The notes: a model not told the origin generated them from the letters alone. Positions 1 to 13,603 are shown, numbered from the stretch's first letter. The stretch is DNA of 64,000 bases from an uncultured Thermococci archaeon (GCA_964500005.1 CAZCMP010000002.1:64934-128933), one strand, 5' to 3'. Numbers and translations: made by a program.

Positions 1-648
1 AGCGGGTTCTTTGAAAGAGTCTACAGTCTCCAATAATGATGGTCCTGTGTACCATGGGGTCTTGTCAGATTTACCTGCTATGTTGTCTCCGTTAAATGCT
101 GAAGCGGGGATGAACTTTACTTCGTCAGTCTTAAATCCAACTGTCCTTACAAGCTTCTCTACTTCTGCCTTAACTGCGTTAAACTTATCCTCGGCATAGT
201 TTACTGTATCCATCTTATTTATCAATACAGCCAATTGTTGAATACCAAGCGTTCTTGACAAGAAAACGTGTTCCTGTGTCTGTGGCATTATACCATCGTT
301 TACTGCGACTACTAGAACTGCAGCATCTGCCTGAGATGCTCCGGTAATCATGTTCTTAACGAAGTCCCTGTGACCTGGACAGTCCACAATTGTAATGTAT
401 TTTGAATCTGTTTCAAACTTCTTGTGAGAAAGATCAATTGTAACTCCTCTTTCTCTCTCTTCTTTTAAGTTATCCATTACCCAAGCAAACTTAAACGTCT
501 TACCTTTTTCTCCCATTTCTTCGAACTTCTTAATAAGGTCTGCTCTGATATCACCGTGCATAACAAGTAATTGACCTACAGCGGTAGATTTACCGTGATC
601 GACATGGCCGATAAAGGCTACATTCAAGTGTGGTTTTTGAGTTGCCAT
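1..648 (-). CDS. tuf: Elongation factor 1-alpha, 5' part (runs off the window edge)
   Basis: Manual translation from ATG 648: [22 protein letters not shown]...ERERGVTID...[28 protein letters not shown]; follows EF-2. Not in the ORF track because it is truncated. Confidence 0.97.
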   Translation of the reverse strand, partial: MATQKPHLNVAFIGHVDHGKSTAVGQLLVMHGDIRADLIKKFEEMGEKGKTFKFAWVMDNLKEERERGVTIDLSHKKFETDSKYITIVDCPGHRDFVKNMITGASQADAAVLVVAVNDGIMPQTQEHVFLSRTLGIQQLAVLINKMDTVNYAEDKFNAVKAEVEKLVRTVGFKTDEVKFIPASAFNGDNIAGKSDKTPWYTGPSLLETVDSFKEPA

Positions 649-732
649 AATTATTTCCTCCTTTTTTTAATATATTTTTATTATATCTGGTATAATCCTC
701 TAAATTAAATCCATTTTTAAGCTTTTTCCATT

Positions 733-2931
733 TTACATGTTTAAGTAATCTTCAGGTCTTGGAGGTTGCGGTTTTAGACCTTTCCTCTTTCTGATGGACT
801 CAACTGTCTGCATCTGAAGTTCAGTTGGAAGCTTCTGGTAACCTGCATATTCAGTTGACCATAATGCTCTTCCTTCAGTTGCACCTCTTATGTCTCCAGC
901 AAACCCAAACATCTGGGCAACTGGTGCAATAGATACGACTGTTGTAGTGTCTCCTTCCTGCGCAATGTCAACTATCTGTCCTCTTCTAGACTGCATTTCC
1001 CTTGTTACTGCTCCCATGTAATCTTGTGGCGTTGTAATCGTAACTTTCTGTATAGGCTCGTATATTACTGGTCTTGCGTAAAGCATTGCTGCAAATAGAC
1101 CCTCTCTTACGGCGGGTATAACCTGTGCTGGACCTCTATGAATTGAATCTTCGTGAAGCTTACAGTCTACAAGACTTATTTTAAGTTTCATTACTGGCTC
1201 CCTTGAATATGGGCCTCCATCGATTACTTCATGTATTGATTGGATAACAAGTTCGATTACTTCGTTAATGTAAACAATTCCTTTTGTCATGTTAAAGAAT
1301 ATGTTTCCATTGTAAACATCTGCAATACCCTTTACTTCTTCGGTGCTCATTCCAAGTTCTCTTAATTGTGGGCCTAAATCCTTACCTTTAACTCTACCTT
1401 CTGGGATTATTCCTTCTTTTATTGCATTGTAAATATTGTCTTCTAAAGGCTCAACTTGCATGTAGAATCTGTTATGTTTGTTTGGTGATTTACCTTCTAT
1501 GGCCTCAGATTTACCATCAATTGACTCTCTGTAGATAACAATCGGTTGGGAAAGTTTAATATCAATTCCCCTGTCATGAGTAATCCTGTAGCCTACGACT
1601 TCCAAGTGAAGTTCTCCCATACCTGAGAGTAAATATTCTCCACTGTCTTCGTTGATCTTTGCTACTAGCGTTGGGTCTTCCTTTGAAACCTGTCTTAAGA
1701 CTTCAACTAATTTTGCTAAATCTTTGGTGTTCTTTGGTTCTACTGCAACTGTAACTACAGGTTCTGAGTAGTGCTTTATTGCTTCAAAGGGTGTTATTGG
1801 CTCATCACCGGTACATATTGTTTCACCGGCTATTGCTTCTTTTAACCCTGTTACCGCAACGATATTACCGCATGGAACTACTTCCAAGTTTTCCCTGTCT
1901 GCACCCATGAATATTCCAACTTGCTGGACCCTTCTCTTATTCTTTGTAGCTACTATCCATACCTCTTGACCAGTTTTTAGAGTTCCTGAAAATAATCTAC
2001 CTACACAGATTTCTCCTGCATGCGGATCTTGCACAATCTTTGTAACAACCATTCCAAGATGTCCGTTTGGATTGCACTCCAACATATCCTTACCCACAGC
2101 ACTTTCAAGGTCCCCCTTCCAGATCTGAGGGATCCTATACTTCTGTGCAACTAAGGGATTTGGAAGATGTGTAACCATCATATCAAGAAGGATTTCATGT
2201 AAAGGAGATTTTTTAGAAAGCTCCTTTTGTGTGTCATTCATACAGTGCTCAATTATGTCTTTGAATGTTATCCCGCTCTTTTTCATATAAGGGACATTTA
2301 TGGCCCAATTGTAGTAGGCTGAACCAAATGATACGCTGCCCTCTGTAACACTTACCTGCCAGCTATCCTTAAACTCTGGGGGTGCTGCATTTTTAATTAG
2401 TTTGTTTACTTCATTGATAATTTTGACAAATCTATTCTGTAACTCTTCAGGTGAGAGTTGAAGTTCTCTTATTAATCTGTCAACTTTGTTTATGAAAAGT
2501 GTTGGTTTTACTTTTTCTTTTAAGGCTTGTCTTACGACAGTCTCAGTCTGAGGCATCTTACCTTCTACAGCACAGACAACTATGATACATCCATCTATTG
2601 CTCTCATTGCCCTTGTAACGTCTCCTCCAAAGTCAACGTGTCCTGGGGTATCAATTAAGTTAACAAGATAATCTTGACCTTTGTTTTTGTGTACCATTGA
2701 TATGTTGGATGCGTTAATTGTAATTCCCCTTGCCTGCTCCTGCTCATCAAAATCCAAGACAAGCTGTTTTCCGGCGAGATCCTCTGACATTAGACCTGCG
2801 CCAGAAAGAAGGTTATCACTCAATGTGGTTTTACCGTGGTCAATGTGTGCCGCTATTCCAGTATTTCTTATGTGCACTGGATCTTTCATTAATTCCTTAA
2901 CTTTTTTTGCCATCTCTTCTTTTCTGCCCAT
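733..2931 (-). CDS. fusA: Elongation factor EF-2
   Basis: [26 protein letters not shown] motifs; diphthamide loop DSIHRGPAQ. Confidence 0.98.
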   Translation of the reverse strand: MGRKEEMAKKVKELMKDPVHIRNTGIAAHIDHGKTTLSDNLLSGAGLMSEDLAGKQLVLDFDEQEQARGITINASNISMVHKNKGQDYLVNLIDTPGHVDFGGDVTRAMRAIDGCIIVVCAVEGKMPQTETVVRQALKEKVKPTLFINKVDRLIRELQLSPEELQNRFVKIINEVNKLIKNAAPPEFKDSWQVSVTEGSVSFGSAYYNWAINVPYMKKSGITFKDIIEHCMNDTQKELSKKSPLHEILLDMMVTHLPNPLVAQKYRIPQIWKGDLESAVGKDMLECNPNGHLGMVVTKIVQDPHAGEICVGRLFSGTLKTGQEVWIVATKNKRRVQQVGIFMGADRENLEVVPCGNIVAVTGLKEAIAGETICTGDEPITPFEAIKHYSEPVVTVAVEPKNTKDLAKLVEVLRQVSKEDPTLVAKINEDSGEYLLSGMGELHLEVVGYRITHDRGIDIKLSQPIVIYRESIDGKSEAIEGKSPNKHNRFYMQVEPLEDNIYNAIKEGIIPEGRVKGKDLGPQLRELGMSTEEVKGIADVYNGNIFFNMTKGIVYINEVIELVIQSIHEVIDGGPYSREPVMKLKISLVDCKLHEDSIHRGPAQVIPAVREGLFAAMLYARPVIYEPIQKVTITTPQDYMGAVTREMQSRRGQIVDIAQEGDTTTVVSIAPVAQMFGFAGDIRGATEGRALWSTEYAGYQKLPTELQMQTVESIRKRKGLKPQPPRPEDYLNM

Positions 2932-2951
2932 AATGAATCACCACAGTCAAA

Positions 2952-3587
2952 TTATCTGGCTGACTTTGCAATCCTCTCTATTTCTTCCTTCTTGTTAACA
3001 GAAAAGCTTGCCATTTCTCCCTTTGAAGCAAGAATAATTTCTTCAGCCAATGTTTCGTGGAACTTCTTCTTGGTCTTAAAGGTCTTAAGGCTTGCACCAA
3101 GCGCTATATTCCTAAGCGCCATGTCAAGTCTTCTCTGTGACCCTGTATCTACGGAAAGATGGTACTTAATTCCTCCGTAAGAAAGTGTTGTTACCTCTTC
3201 TCTTGGCCCTGCATATTCAAGTGCTTTAATCAGTACTTCCAAAGGATTCTGTTTCGTTTTTTTGTTAATATCTTCAAAAGCAAGTTTTAATGTTTTGTAG
3301 GTGGCCTGTTTCTTACCTGTATACCCCCCGTGTCTTCTCAAGAATCTTCCACCCGTCTTTCTTCCTGCAGAGCCAGACCTCATCATCTTATTTCCTAGTC
3401 TTTCAACGATATTGATTTTGTTTTTCCAAAACCTTCTCTTTTGGTGTCTTCCTGCAGTATGAGGAACTACGACAGGGGTAAGATTAACATAACTTTTTAT
3501 TCCCAAATCTTCAACGGCAATATCCGTATCCCACTTGCCGAATACTTTAAGATTATCGGGAACATAAAATCTTTCTTTTACATCCAT
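2952..3587 (-). CDS. rps7: 30S ribosomal protein S7
   Basis: NPLEVL..A...AGPREE and C-terminal KKEEIERIAKSAR; position in str operon. Confidence 0.96.
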   Translation of the reverse strand: MDVKERFYVPDNLKVFGKWDTDIAVEDLGIKSYVNLTPVVVPHTAGRHQKRRFWKNKINIVERLGNKMMRSGSAGRKTGGRFLRRHGGYTGKKQATYKTLKLAFEDINKKTKQNPLEVLIKALEYAGPREEVTTLSYGGIKYHLSVDTGSQRRLDMALRNIALGASLKTFKTKKKFHETLAEEIILASKGEMASFSVNKKEEIERIAKSAR

Positions 3588-3592
3588 AATAT

Positions 3593-4027
3593 CTACCTTA
3601 CCGGTTTCTCTTTCCTTCCTTTAACCATCTCATTTAATGAAACTCTATTTACCTTAACTACTTTAAATCTGACTCCAGGGATATCTCCCATTGATCCACC
3701 CTGTCTGCCCCCAATTCCTTCAATTACGACCTCATCGTGCTCGTCAATGAAGTTTATGGCTCCATCCCCTGGACAAAATGCTGTTATCTGCCTACCGTTT
3801 TTAATAAGCTGAACTCTAATGCATTTTCTAAGGGCAGAGTTAGGCTGTTTAGCTTCAATAGGGACCTTCTCAAGTACAATCCCTCTAGCCTGTGGGCTAC
3901 CCTCTAAAGGATCAGATTTAATCTTAAGGTTTAGCTCTTGAACCTTGTAAGCTTTATCTTTCCATCTAAACTTTTTTCTAATTCCTTCAATTTTTCTCGC
4001 AGCGTTTCTCCCTTGTGGTTTGCTCAT
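3593..4027 (-). CDS. rps12: 30S ribosomal protein S12
   Basis: [12 protein letters not shown] and [10 protein letters not shown] motifs. Confidence 0.98.
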   Translation of the reverse strand: MSKPQGRNAARKIEGIRKKFRWKDKAYKVQELNLKIKSDPLEGSPQARGIVLEKVPIEAKQPNSALRKCIRVQLIKNGRQITAFCPGDGAINFIDEHDEVVIEGIGGRQGGSMGDIPGVRFKVVKVNRVSLNEMVKGRKEKPVR

Positions 4028-4038
4028 ATTTACAACCT

Positions 4039-4470
4039 CTACATGATCATTATATCGTCAAGATTATGATGTCTCTTTAATAGGTTTTTGATTCGGTCTA
4101 TATTTTTTCCTTCTTTTCCTATTACAAGACCCTTATCTTTCTTATTAATATCAAGAACGGCTATCTTCTTGCCATCTTTTCTCTCAGAAACATGAATACT
4201 TTTAACTTTAACAGGCCAGATAATATTCTTAATAAACTTAATAGGATCTTCTGAATACTCGATTATATCAATTGGTTTATTCAGAGTTTCTTTTACTCTC
4301 TGAGCATTTGCACCATTCTTACCAATGGCAAGGCCCATATCGCCTTCTTTAACAACATAGACAATTTTATTTTTATTGTCTTCAAAAATACAATCCTTAA
4401 CAGTTGCACCAGTCATGCTTTCAAAAAGTCCAATGTACTTTATTTCGTCCGTTGAAATCTTAATTCCCAT
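4039..4470 (-). CDS. nusA: Archaeal NusA (two KH domains)
   Basis: GLAIGKNG and [10 protein letters not shown] motifs; conserved position. Confidence 0.95.
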   Translation of the reverse strand: MGIKISTDEIKYIGLFESMTGATVKDCIFEDNKNKIVYVVKEGDMGLAIGKNGANAQRVKETLNKPIDIIEYSEDPIKFIKNIIWPVKVKSIHVSERKDGKKIAVLDINKKDKGLVIGKEGKNIDRIKNLLKRHHNLDDIMIM

Positions 4471-4768
4471 AAACCTTACCTCCAGAAAGTATGTTGGACT
4501 CTCCGGGAGACATGACTGCTATTACTGAAACAAGGAATGGTTTACCACAAACTGTACCAAGCTCCAGTGATGTACCACCAAACTCTAAAATGGGTATGCT
4601 TGATATCTTGGAATAATATAAAATATCCTCTTTTATTTTTTTAGGACAGTTTTGAGTATAGATAATCATCTTAGCGTTACCCGTCTTAAGAGAATTAATG
4701 GATTTGTTAGTTCCAAGTATTACCTTTCCGGTATCTACTGTTCTTTTTATTTCTCTATTTACGTCCAT
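4460..4768 (-). CDS. rpl30e: 50S ribosomal protein L30e
   Basis: TGKVILG...ELGTVCGKPF...PGESNIL. Confidence 0.96.
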   Translation of the reverse strand: MDVNREIKRTVDTGKVILGTNKSINSLKTGNAKMIIYTQNCPKKIKEDILYYSKISSIPILEFGGTSLELGTVCGKPFLVSVIAVMSPGESNILSGGKVYGN

Positions 4769-4779
4769 TGAATAACCTC

Positions 4780-5946
<1,167 letters not shown>

Positions 5947-8601
5947 TCATGACTTCCTCGTCGCTAATGTTTTATGAACTATCCAGTCTATATCTACGGC
6001 TTCTCCGTATGAGCTCCTTGATGGATCAACACCATCTTCACCGTATTCAAACTGAATAATATTATTACTGTTATCTCTTACACTTCTATCCTTCTCAACC
6101 TTTAAATCCTGCAAAGCGTTGATTAATCTTCTCTGCATGTAACCTGACTGTGCAGTTCTAACTGCAGTATCGACAAGACCCTCTCTTCCCCCCATTGAAT
6201 GGAAGAAAAACTCTGTGGGTGAAAGTCCTTTTCTATAACTTGAACTGACAAATCCTCTTGCTTTTGCAGAACGGTCACCACGCTTAAAGTGTGGCAAGCT
6301 TCTTTCTTGATACCCTCTATGAAGTCTCTTTCCTCTCACTGTCATCTGCCCTAAACATGCGGCCATCTGAGTTAAATCTAACATGTTTCCTTTTGCACCG
6401 GTCTTTGCCATTATTACTGCATGCCTCTTCATTCCAAGGTACTGCTCTGCTGCCCCACCAGCATTATCTCTTGCCTTTGCAAGTTCTGCCATAATTCTGT
6501 TTTCCAGAGTATCTTCCAAAGTTTGACCTGGCTGCTTTTCTAGTTCTCCCCTGTTGTAAGCATCAATATTTTCCATGACCTTAGTGTGGGCATTTTCTAA
6601 TATTTCATCAATTCTTTCAAGGCCTTCTTCTGGTATGTCAACATCGTCTATACCTGTTGTAAGCCCTACTTTCATTATGACTGAGATGATAAGTTTTGTT
6701 ACAGAATCCAAGAATTCTCTTCCTTCATCAGAGCCATAATCTTTCACTATCTTATCCAAGAGCTTGCAACTTGATCTAGCCTTAAATGCCGCTCCATCGA
6801 TTACTCCCTTTAGAAGCTTTCCTTCTTTAATCACGACATAATTATCATATTTGCAGTTGGCAAATTCGCATTTTTCACATTTTCTGCATGTCTTTGATTT
6901 GAACTCGACACTCAAATCCTTTGGAAGTAGAACTTCAAAAAGTTCTTTGCCTGTCCATAGCTTCGACCTATCATTGAAAGCCTCAACACCTACTTTCTTC
7001 TTAAGGATATCTGATTCGTAAAAGCTCTCTTCAACCTCTTCAGTTGAAAATTCTGAGCCATCTTTTGTCATAAGGTATGCGCCTGAAATATAATCTTGCA
7101 TTCCTCCAATAACAGGCTCTCCGAACCTTGGTGAAATAATATTCTCCTGAACCTTCATTATTATGCCAGCTTCACTTCTTGCCTCTTCCGTCTGTGGAAG
7201 GTGCAAATTCATTTCATCCCCATCAAAGTCTGCGTTATAGGGCGGACAAACACAAAGATTTAGTCTAAAAGTTTTATATGGCATGACTCTTACTTCATGA
7301 GCCATTATAGAAAGTCTATGGAGAGAAGGTTGCCTGTTGAACAAAACAATGTCCCCATCTTTTAGCTGCCTTTCAACTGTAAACCCAACTTCTAGTTCTT
7401 CAGCGACATCATCTTTTGTAGTCTCAGTTATCTTTTTTCTTCTTCCATCGTTTCTAATTATATAATTTGCACCTGGATGTTTGTTTGGCCCGTTTCTGAC
7501 AATCTTTCGCATTTCTTCCAAATTATAAGCGGTGACTTTTTCAGGGACCGTTAATTCTGATGCAACGAAATCGGGGACTCCAACTTCGTTTATACTAATA
7601 AAAGGATCTGGTGAAACTACAGTTCTTGCAGAAAAGTCGACCCTCTTACCTGAAAGATTTGATCTGAACCTGCCTTCTTTTCCAGATAATCTCTGGGATA
7701 TAGTTTTCAATATTCTGCCTGATCTGTGTCTTGCAGGAGGGACTCCTGAAGTACTATTATTAAAGTAAGTTGTCACATGATACTGTAAAAGCTCCCATAA
7801 ATCTTCAACAATTAGCTGTGGCGCTCCAGCGTCTATATTTTCTCTCAATCTCTGATTAATTCTAATTATATCCACAAGCTTGTGTGTTAAATCATCTTCA
7901 CTTCTTACACTTGATTCAAGGGTGATAGAAGGTCTAACTGTGACTGGAGGAACTGGCAATACTGTTAGAACCATCCATTCAGGTTTTGAAACGTCTTTGT
8001 TTACGCCAATCAAATCATAATCTTCAAGAGGTATTTTCTCTAGACGTTCTCTAACGTCAATAGGTGTTAATTTGTTTCTTTCTTCTCCCCACTCTTCATA
8101 AAATGTATATGGTTTTTCAAACTTTATCGTTCTCTTATCACTGCCGCACCAAGGACATGTACTTTTTGCTGCCTTGTCCATTGCTTCTTTTACAACAATT
8201 TCTCTACTTTTCAGCCTGTCAGTTGCTTTCAAGAGTTGCTCAAGGTAATGTTCTCTTTGTGACAAGTCAAGTTTGAGCTTTCCACAATCTCTGCATACGG
8301 ATTTCAAAATCTTGTGCACATCTTTGGCATGACCCACATGGATTACGGGTCTTGCAAGTTCTATGTGCCCAAAGTGTCCAGGGCAATCCCCAAATTTCTG
8401 ACCACATGTCTTACATTTTAATCCAGGATCAATTACGCCCAGCCTTTGATCCATTAGACCTTTTTCTATAGGGTAACCATCATCATCATATGTATCTGCA
8501 GTAATTACTCTTAATACCGACATCTTTCTGACATCTTCAGGGGACAATATTCCAAATTGAATTGTGTCTATTACTTTTGGTACTTTGAACATAATGATCA
8601 C
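5947..8601 (-). CDS. rpoA1: RNA polymerase subunit A' (Rpo1N)
   Basis: Catalytic [14 protein letters not shown] Zn site; [13 protein letters not shown]; start overlaps rpoB stop. Confidence 0.98.
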   Translation of the reverse strand: MIIMFKVPKVIDTIQFGILSPEDVRKMSVLRVITADTYDDDGYPIEKGLMDQRLGVIDPGLKCKTCGQKFGDCPGHFGHIELARPVIHVGHAKDVHKILKSVCRDCGKLKLDLSQREHYLEQLLKATDRLKSREIVVKEAMDKAAKSTCPWCGSDKRTIKFEKPYTFYEEWGEERNKLTPIDVRERLEKIPLEDYDLIGVNKDVSKPEWMVLTVLPVPPVTVRPSITLESSVRSEDDLTHKLVDIIRINQRLRENIDAGAPQLIVEDLWELLQYHVTTYFNNSTSGVPPARHRSGRILKTISQRLSGKEGRFRSNLSGKRVDFSARTVVSPDPFISINEVGVPDFVASELTVPEKVTAYNLEEMRKIVRNGPNKHPGANYIIRNDGRRKKITETTKDDVAEELEVGFTVERQLKDGDIVLFNRQPSLHRLSIMAHEVRVMPYKTFRLNLCVCPPYNADFDGDEMNLHLPQTEEARSEAGIIMKVQENIISPRFGEPVIGGMQDYISGAYLMTKDGSEFSTEEVEESFYESDILKKKVGVEAFNDRSKLWTGKELFEVLLPKDLSVEFKSKTCRKCEKCEFANCKYDNYVVIKEGKLLKGVIDGAAFKARSSCKLLDKIVKDYGSDEGREFLDSVTKLIISVIMKVGLTTGIDDVDIPEEGLERIDEILENAHTKVMENIDAYNRGELEKQPGQTLEDTLENRIMAELAKARDNAGGAAEQYLGMKRHAVIMAKTGAKGNMLDLTQMAACLGQMTVRGKRLHRGYQERSLPHFKRGDRSAKARGFVSSSYRKGLSPTEFFFHSMGGREGLVDTAVRTAQSGYMQRRLINALQDLKVEKDRSVRDNSNNIIQFEYGEDGVDPSRSSYGEAVDIDWIVHKTLATRKS

Positions 8602-11600
8602 GCCCTATCCCTAAGTTTTAATTTTGGATCTAAACACATCGATTTTAACTCCTCAAGCAAGAGCTTGAAAGCATAAGACATCTCTACGGGATAAATATCA
8701 GTTTCTTCTTCACATATTGGGCAGTACTCTCTATTTCTGAGTTTATCATAAACTGCCAAGGATCCGCATTTTCCACAAATGAGAATATCGGCTTTATCTG
8801 AAGCTTCAAGTAACCTTTCTTTCAATAGTAAACTTGTTCCGTGACCAACTAAACAGTCTCTCTCCATCTCACCAAATCTAAGACCTCCTTCTCTGGCTTT
8901 GCCTTCAGTTGGCTGTCTTGTGAGCATTTGTCTTGGACCACGGGATCTTGCATGGATCTTATCTGCAACCATATGGTGTAACTTCTGGTAGTAACAAACT
9001 CCAACAAATATATCTGCTTCAATTACTTCTCCAGTTATTCCGTTGTACAATCTTTCTCTTCCAGTGTTCTTGAATCCAAAGTCTTGAAGTATTTGCCTTA
9101 TATCTACTTCTTTTTCCCCAGAGAACAATGTTGCATCAACTGTCTTTGCTTTTAGTGAGCCTGCTTTGCCTCCAATCATTTCCAATATCTGGCCTACTGT
9201 TTTTCTTGAAGGTATAGCATGTGGATTAATTATAAGGTCAGGTGTTATTCCGTACTCGTTAAACGGCATGTCTTTCTGCGGGCATAAAAGTCCCAAAACT
9301 CCCTTTTGACCGTGCCTTGATGCAAACTTGTCACCAAGCTCAGGTATTCTTTCATCTCTGGCTTTTATTTTAACAAGTTTATTTCCGTCCTCAGTTTCAC
9401 TCAACAATACTAAGTCGATTATTCCTTTTTCTGAAGGCCTAACACCAATCGAAGTTTCTCTTCTACCTTCAATGGCAGTTCCAAACTCATCAAGTTCCTC
9501 TAAGAATCTTGGCGGGCTAGTCCTTCCGATTAATACGTCCCCACCTTTTACTCTAGACTCTGGTCTTATGAATCCATCAATGTCAAGATTTTCATAAGCG
9601 TCTGGTCCTCTGTACCCACTTACTGATTCTTCAGGGACCTCAAACTTATCCTGTTGACCTCCGGGGTATCTTCTCTCATCTGAGTCATAGGTTCTAAAGA
9701 ATGTAGTTCTTCCAAGGCCTCTATCCACAGAGCTCTTGTTAATAATAAGTGCGTCTTCAATATTGTATCCTAAATAAGAAAGAACAGCGACTACAAAGTT
9801 TTGCCCTGCAGGTCTGTTATTAAATCCGACTGCGTCCATAACTTTAGTTTTTACAATTGGCATCTGAGGATAGTACATCAAATGCCCTCTTGTTTCAACT
9901 TTTAGTTTGAAATTAGATTGTGAGAATCCAAGACTCTGTTTTCCCATACCAGCTCCATATGAGTTTCTTGGCGCAGCATTATGCTCTGCAAACGGAACAA
10001 TCGATGCACAAACTCCAAGAATTGATGGAGAATAAATTTCTAGATGTGTATGTTCTGGGGTTAAATCTTCCTCAGAAAGGGCAATGAGGGTATTTTCTTC
10101 TTCTTCTGCGTCTAAATACTCAATAACACCCTCGACCACAAGATCTGACCATCCTTTTGACCTTCTTTCAATAGCCTTTACGTGTTCTGAAGTCAAAAGC
10201 GGCTTACCTTCTTCTACGATAATAAGGGGCCTTCTAACTCTTCCAGGGTCACAGTTGATATGAATCTCATTTGTCATCTCGTAGTAAACAATGTTTGCTT
10301 CGTTATCAATCTTACCTTTTCTTCTATCTTTTCTTACAGTTTGAGTAAATGAGTTTCCATCTTTTACAAACCCAATTAAATTACCGTTTAGATAAACATA
10401 AGTCATTACTTTAAGCCCTGCCACATCTGTAATCTGCTCTAGTCCTAAAGAAAATAAATAGTTCTGGATGTCAAGTTCGTTTGAACCTATTGAAATATAG
10501 GACATCAAAGCCATGTTTTTTACAAGACCACAATTTGGACCTTCGGGCGTTTCGCTTGGACATATCCTTCCCCAGTGTGTTGGGTGAAGATCCCTGGCTT
10601 CAAAGTGAGGCTGTGTTCTTGAAAGCGGTGAAAGAACTCTTCTTAAATGAGAGAATCTTGACATGAAGTTTGTATCGTCCATAAGCTGACTGATACCCAT
10701 TCTGCCTCCAGGCCATGTTCCAGTTGCCATGGCGTACCTTATTCTTTCTGTCAAAACGTCAGCCCTGACTGACTTCTTTACGAAGTCACCCTCATTTCCT
10801 TCTTCAAACCTGCCCCTAGCATAAGTTCTTTCGAGCTGATATTTTATATCCCTTGTAAGTTGAACAAATGATAATCTGAATAAATTTTCTAAAAGATCAC
10901 CGGCTAACTTTAATCTCTTGTTTGCATAATGGTCCTTGTCATCTGACTCTCTCTTACCAAGTGAAAGTTCAATTACCCTATTTGCCATTATACCAAGGTA
11001 GTAAGCCTTTCTCAACCTGTCTGTTTCTTCAGTACCTATATGGGGTAAAAGATATTTGTCAAGGGCCATCTCTGCTCTTTTTAACCTGTATTCTTTCTGC
11101 TGCCCCATTGCTAGTCTCTTACCAAGATAATCCAACGCGAGTTCCTTATCTGTAATGTCCATTGACTCTTCTAAGTTATCCAAAAGTTCTTTCTGGATAT
11201 CCTTTTCAGAAGATACTGCGTTGACTATGTCAATATCCTTCTCAAGACCTAGTGACTTCATTAAAGTTACAAATGGCATCTTTCCAGGAAGTGATGGGAA
11301 GGAAACTCTAAGGAGTCCATCTTTCTTTCTCTCAACTGTTACCAATGCCCTAAATCCACTTCTCGTTGAGAATACTTTTGCAATGGCAACTTGCAATCTT
11401 TCGTCAATTTCAACTAATATCCTATTTGGCGCCAAATCTTCAATAGCAACTACTACTCTTTCTGCACCATTAATTATGAAATATCCACCTGGGTCTCTTG
11501 GATCTTCCCCTTTAGTAATTAATTCTTCCCTTCCTAATCCGTGAAGACTACAAGCATTTGATTTTAACATTATAGGAAGCTTACCAATCTCTACCTCTAC

Positions 11601-11912
11601 AGGCTCTCTTTCCTTTTCTTCTATAACAGGTATGAATTCAAGATAAAGGGGAACAACATAGGAAAGACTTCTAAGCCTTGCTTCTTGGGGGAAAAAATCT
11701 CTCTTGGAACCATCTGCTTCCTTATATACGGGCTCACCGGCCCTTATCTTACCAAATTTAACATAAAAACCTTCAATGTCAGTTTCAATCTTAGCCTGTT
11801 CATCTATTACGTCCTGAAGTCTTTTTCCAACAAAATCATTAAAAGAATCAAGATGCTGCCTTACAAAACCTTTTTCATTAAAAAATGATTCAATAACTAC
11901 CCATCTATCCAA
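8598..11912 (-). CDS. rpoB: RNA polymerase subunit B (Rpo2), unsplit
   Basis: [33 protein letters not shown]; one 1104-aa ORF with TTG start after RBS GAGGTG. Confidence 0.98.
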   Translation of the reverse strand: MDRWVVIESFFNEKGFVRQHLDSFNDFVGKRLQDVIDEQAKIETDIEGFYVKFGKIRAGEPVYKEADGSKRDFFPQEARLRSLSYVVPLYLEFIPVIEEKEREPVEVEIGKLPIMLKSNACSLHGLGREELITKGEDPRDPGGYFIINGAERVVVAIEDLAPNRILVEIDERLQVAIAKVFSTRSGFRALVTVERKKDGLLRVSFPSLPGKMPFVTLMKSLGLEKDIDIVNAVSSEKDIQKELLDNLEESMDITDKELALDYLGKRLAMGQQKEYRLKRAEMALDKYLLPHIGTEETDRLRKAYYLGIMANRVIELSLGKRESDDKDHYANKRLKLAGDLLENLFRLSFVQLTRDIKYQLERTYARGRFEEGNEGDFVKKSVRADVLTERIRYAMATGTWPGGRMGISQLMDDTNFMSRFSHLRRVLSPLSRTQPHFEARDLHPTHWGRICPSETPEGPNCGLVKNMALMSYISIGSNELDIQNYLFSLGLEQITDVAGLKVMTYVYLNGNLIGFVKDGNSFTQTVRKDRRKGKIDNEANIVYYEMTNEIHINCDPGRVRRPLIIVEEGKPLLTSEHVKAIERRSKGWSDLVVEGVIEYLDAEEEENTLIALSEEDLTPEHTHLEIYSPSILGVCASIVPFAEHNAAPRNSYGAGMGKQSLGFSQSNFKLKVETRGHLMYYPQMPIVKTKVMDAVGFNNRPAGQNFVVAVLSYLGYNIEDALIINKSSVDRGLGRTTFFRTYDSDERRYPGGQQDKFEVPEESVSGYRGPDAYENLDIDGFIRPESRVKGGDVLIGRTSPPRFLEELDEFGTAIEGRRETSIGVRPSEKGIIDLVLLSETEDGNKLVKIKARDERIPELGDKFASRHGQKGVLGLLCPQKDMPFNEYGITPDLIINPHAIPSRKTVGQILEMIGGKAGSLKAKTVDATLFSGEKEVDIRQILQDFGFKNTGRERLYNGITGEVIEADIFVGVCYYQKLHHMVADKIHARSRGPRQMLTRQPTEGKAREGGLRFGEMERDCLVGHGTSLLLKERLLEASDKADILICGKCGSLAVYDKLRNREYCPICEEETDIYPVEMSYAFKLLLEELKSMCLDPKLKLRDRA

Positions 11913-11924
11913 CTAATATCACCT

Positions 11925-12236
11925 CTATTCCTCCGCGGGTTCATCTTCAACTATTTCATCAACTAACTCTTCTTCCAATCCTTGTTTTGTGTCCTCGCCA
12001 ATGACATATCTATAGAAAACACTCTTACCTGCGGGAGACTGGGATCTTATAATTTTTATTATGTCTCCAGATTTTGCCCCAATAATCTTTACAACAGGAT
12101 CTGTTTCTAAAATCAGGGGAAGCTTATCATATGTAATATTAAATTTCTGTAGAAGCTCATTGGATTCTTCTTCTGTAAGAATAGTATGCTCAGGAACAAA
12201 TTCATTATCCAATATATTAATTTTCTTTTTCGTCAT
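11925..12236 (-). CDS. rpoH: RNA polymerase subunit H (Rpo5) with acidic C-terminal extension
   Basis: VPEHTIL...LPLILETDPVV...GDIIKIIRS..AG...YRYV. Confidence 0.95.
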   Translation of the reverse strand: MTKKKINILDNEFVPEHTILTEEESNELLQKFNITYDKLPLILETDPVVKIIGAKSGDIIKIIRSQSPAGKSVFYRYVIGEDTKQGLEEELVDEIVEDEPAEE

Positions 12237-12255
12237 TATAACCTCTCCTTGGATA

Positions 12256-12333
12256 TGGCGGGCTCGAGGGGATTTGAACCCCCGACTCCCGGCTTAAAAG
12301 GCCGGTGCTCTAGCCAGACTGAGCTACGAGCCC
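12256..12333 (-). tRNA. tRNA-Lys(UUU), CCA encoded
   Basis: Reverse complement GGGCTCGTAGCTCAGTCTGGCTAGAGCACCGGCCTTTTAAGCCGGGAGTCGGGGGTTCAAATCCCCTCGAGCCCGCCA folds as a cloverleaf, anticodon TTT. Confidence 0.96.
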
Positions 12334-12509
12334 GTGTAAAAGGAGTTTTTTTCACAAAAAGCCTCTTCAGGGTGCAGATTTCAGTTTTTGGAATTGAAAA
12401 TGGAGTGCTATTTAAGCTTTTCGGTGACTTCCTGAAGACGCTTACAAGAATTTTATCACCTTATTTTCATATTGATGGCCAACAGCCTTATTATTATTTA
12501 TGATTATTA

Positions 12510-12587
12510 TGGCGCCCGAGTCGGGATTTGAACCCGAGTCACAAGAGTGACAGTCTTGGATGATGGGCCGGGCTACACCACTCGGGC
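12510..12587 (-). tRNA. tRNA-Asp(GUC), CCA encoded
   Basis: Reverse complement GCCCGAGTGGTGTAGCCCGGCCCATCATCCAAGACTGTCACTCTTGTGACTCGGGTTCAAATCCCGACTCGGGCGCCA, anticodon GTC. Confidence 0.96.
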
Positions 12588-12693
12588 ATAATAATGCAAA
12601 TTCCTCAATATAAAATGCATATTTAAGCCTTTCCTTTCTCATTCACAGAAACTCTTTTAAGAGATTTCTAATTAAGTTTGTAAAGGTGATTTA

Positions 12694-13170
12694 GTGAATC
12701 CAAAGGTAATGACTCAAAGTAAAAATATTTCAAAAGAAAAAGATGCTAGGGGTTTCTCTTTAGGAGAATTACGAGAAGCAAATATTCCTGTTAATCGCGC
12801 AAAGTCTCTTGGTATAATTTTGGATTTTAGAAGGCGCACGGTTCGTGAGGGTAATGTAGCTCTTCTAAAAGGTATGCTTAATAAAAATGTAGAAGCCAAA
12901 AAGCAGAGAAAGGCCGATTCTAAAAAACAGACTAAAGAAGTTAAAGAAAAGAAGGCTGAGAAACCCAAGAAGAAAGCAGCGCCAAAGAAAGAAGAAGTTA
13001 AGGCTGAAGTAAAGACTGAGAAAGCAAAGAAGACAACTACAAAGAAAGCGGCTCCAAAGAAGAAAGCATCTGAAGCAAAGAAAACTGAAGCTCCTAAGGA
13101 AGTAAAGACTGAGAAAGCAAAGAAGACAACTTCTAAAAAGACCACAACTAAAAAGGCAAAGAAAGAGTAA
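12694..13170 (+). CDS. rpl13e: Ribosomal protein L13e with Lys/Ala/Thr-rich C-terminal tail
   Basis: RGFSLGELREANI...AKSLGIILDFRRRT...NV matches the L13e core; GTG start after RBS AGGTGA. Confidence 0.85.
   Translation: MNPKVMTQSKNISKEKDARGFSLGELREANIPVNRAKSLGIILDFRRRTVREGNVALLKGMLNKNVEAKKQRKADSKKQTKEVKEKKAEKPKKKAAPKKEEVKAEVKTEKAKKTTTKKAAPKKKASEAKKTEAPKEVKTEKAKKTTSKKTTTKKAKKE
13006..13131 (+). repeat. 33-bp exact direct repeat in the rpl13e tail (13006-13038 and 13099-13131)
   Basis: gaagtaaagactgagaaagcaaagaagacaact occurs twice (EVKTEKAKKTT). Confidence 0.9.
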
Positions 13171-13232
13171 TTTCTATTTTAATCAAACAAAAGATTTGAT
13201 AGAGGTTCGTAATCCGACCCTCTATATTATTT

Positions 13233-13553
13233 TTAATCGTATTCTCTCCATGTATAATTACACTTTGTACATCTATAAAATTTAGTCGCAGGTTCATCCC
13301 CGCTTCTTGTCTGGAGCATCCACCAGTAAGCTTCTCTATTGTGACATTTTTTACATTCTTCCTTAACTTTAGGCATCATGATATTGCTATCTTCAATGAC
13401 AACAACTTCGTCCCCAGATTGATTTTTTTCAGAATGCTCAAATCGACTTTTTTCATCTATATCTTTTTCATACCCACATCTGCAAGCATACAAACACTTA
13501 CCATCTTTCTTGTTAACACGCAAAAGAGTGCCACATTTAGGACAGAACTCCAT
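13233..13553 (-). CDS. tfs: Transcription factor S (TFS)
   Basis: MEFCPKCG Zn ribbon and QTRSGDEP..KFYRCTKC acidic hairpin. Confidence 0.95.
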   Translation of the reverse strand: MEFCPKCGTLLRVNKKDGKCLYACRCGYEKDIDEKSRFEHSEKNQSGDEVVVIEDSNIMMPKVKEECKKCHNREAYWWMLQTRSGDEPATKFYRCTKCNYTWREYD

Positions 13554-13603
13554 TAGATCTTCACCAAAAAGAAGGGCTAAATCTCGTTTATAAGATTATC
13601 TAA

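Noticed and set aside
12061..12642. ORFs 12061-12297, 12186-12503 and 12442-12642
   Set aside because: They overlap the tRNA-Lys and tRNA-Asp genes and are spurious.
13199..13225. Hairpin ATAGAGG-TTCGTAATCCGAC-CCTCTAT resembling a tRNA T-arm or att site
   Set aside because: It does not match the tRNAs here and there is no integrase nearby. It is more simply a 3' hairpin between convergent rpl13e and tfs.
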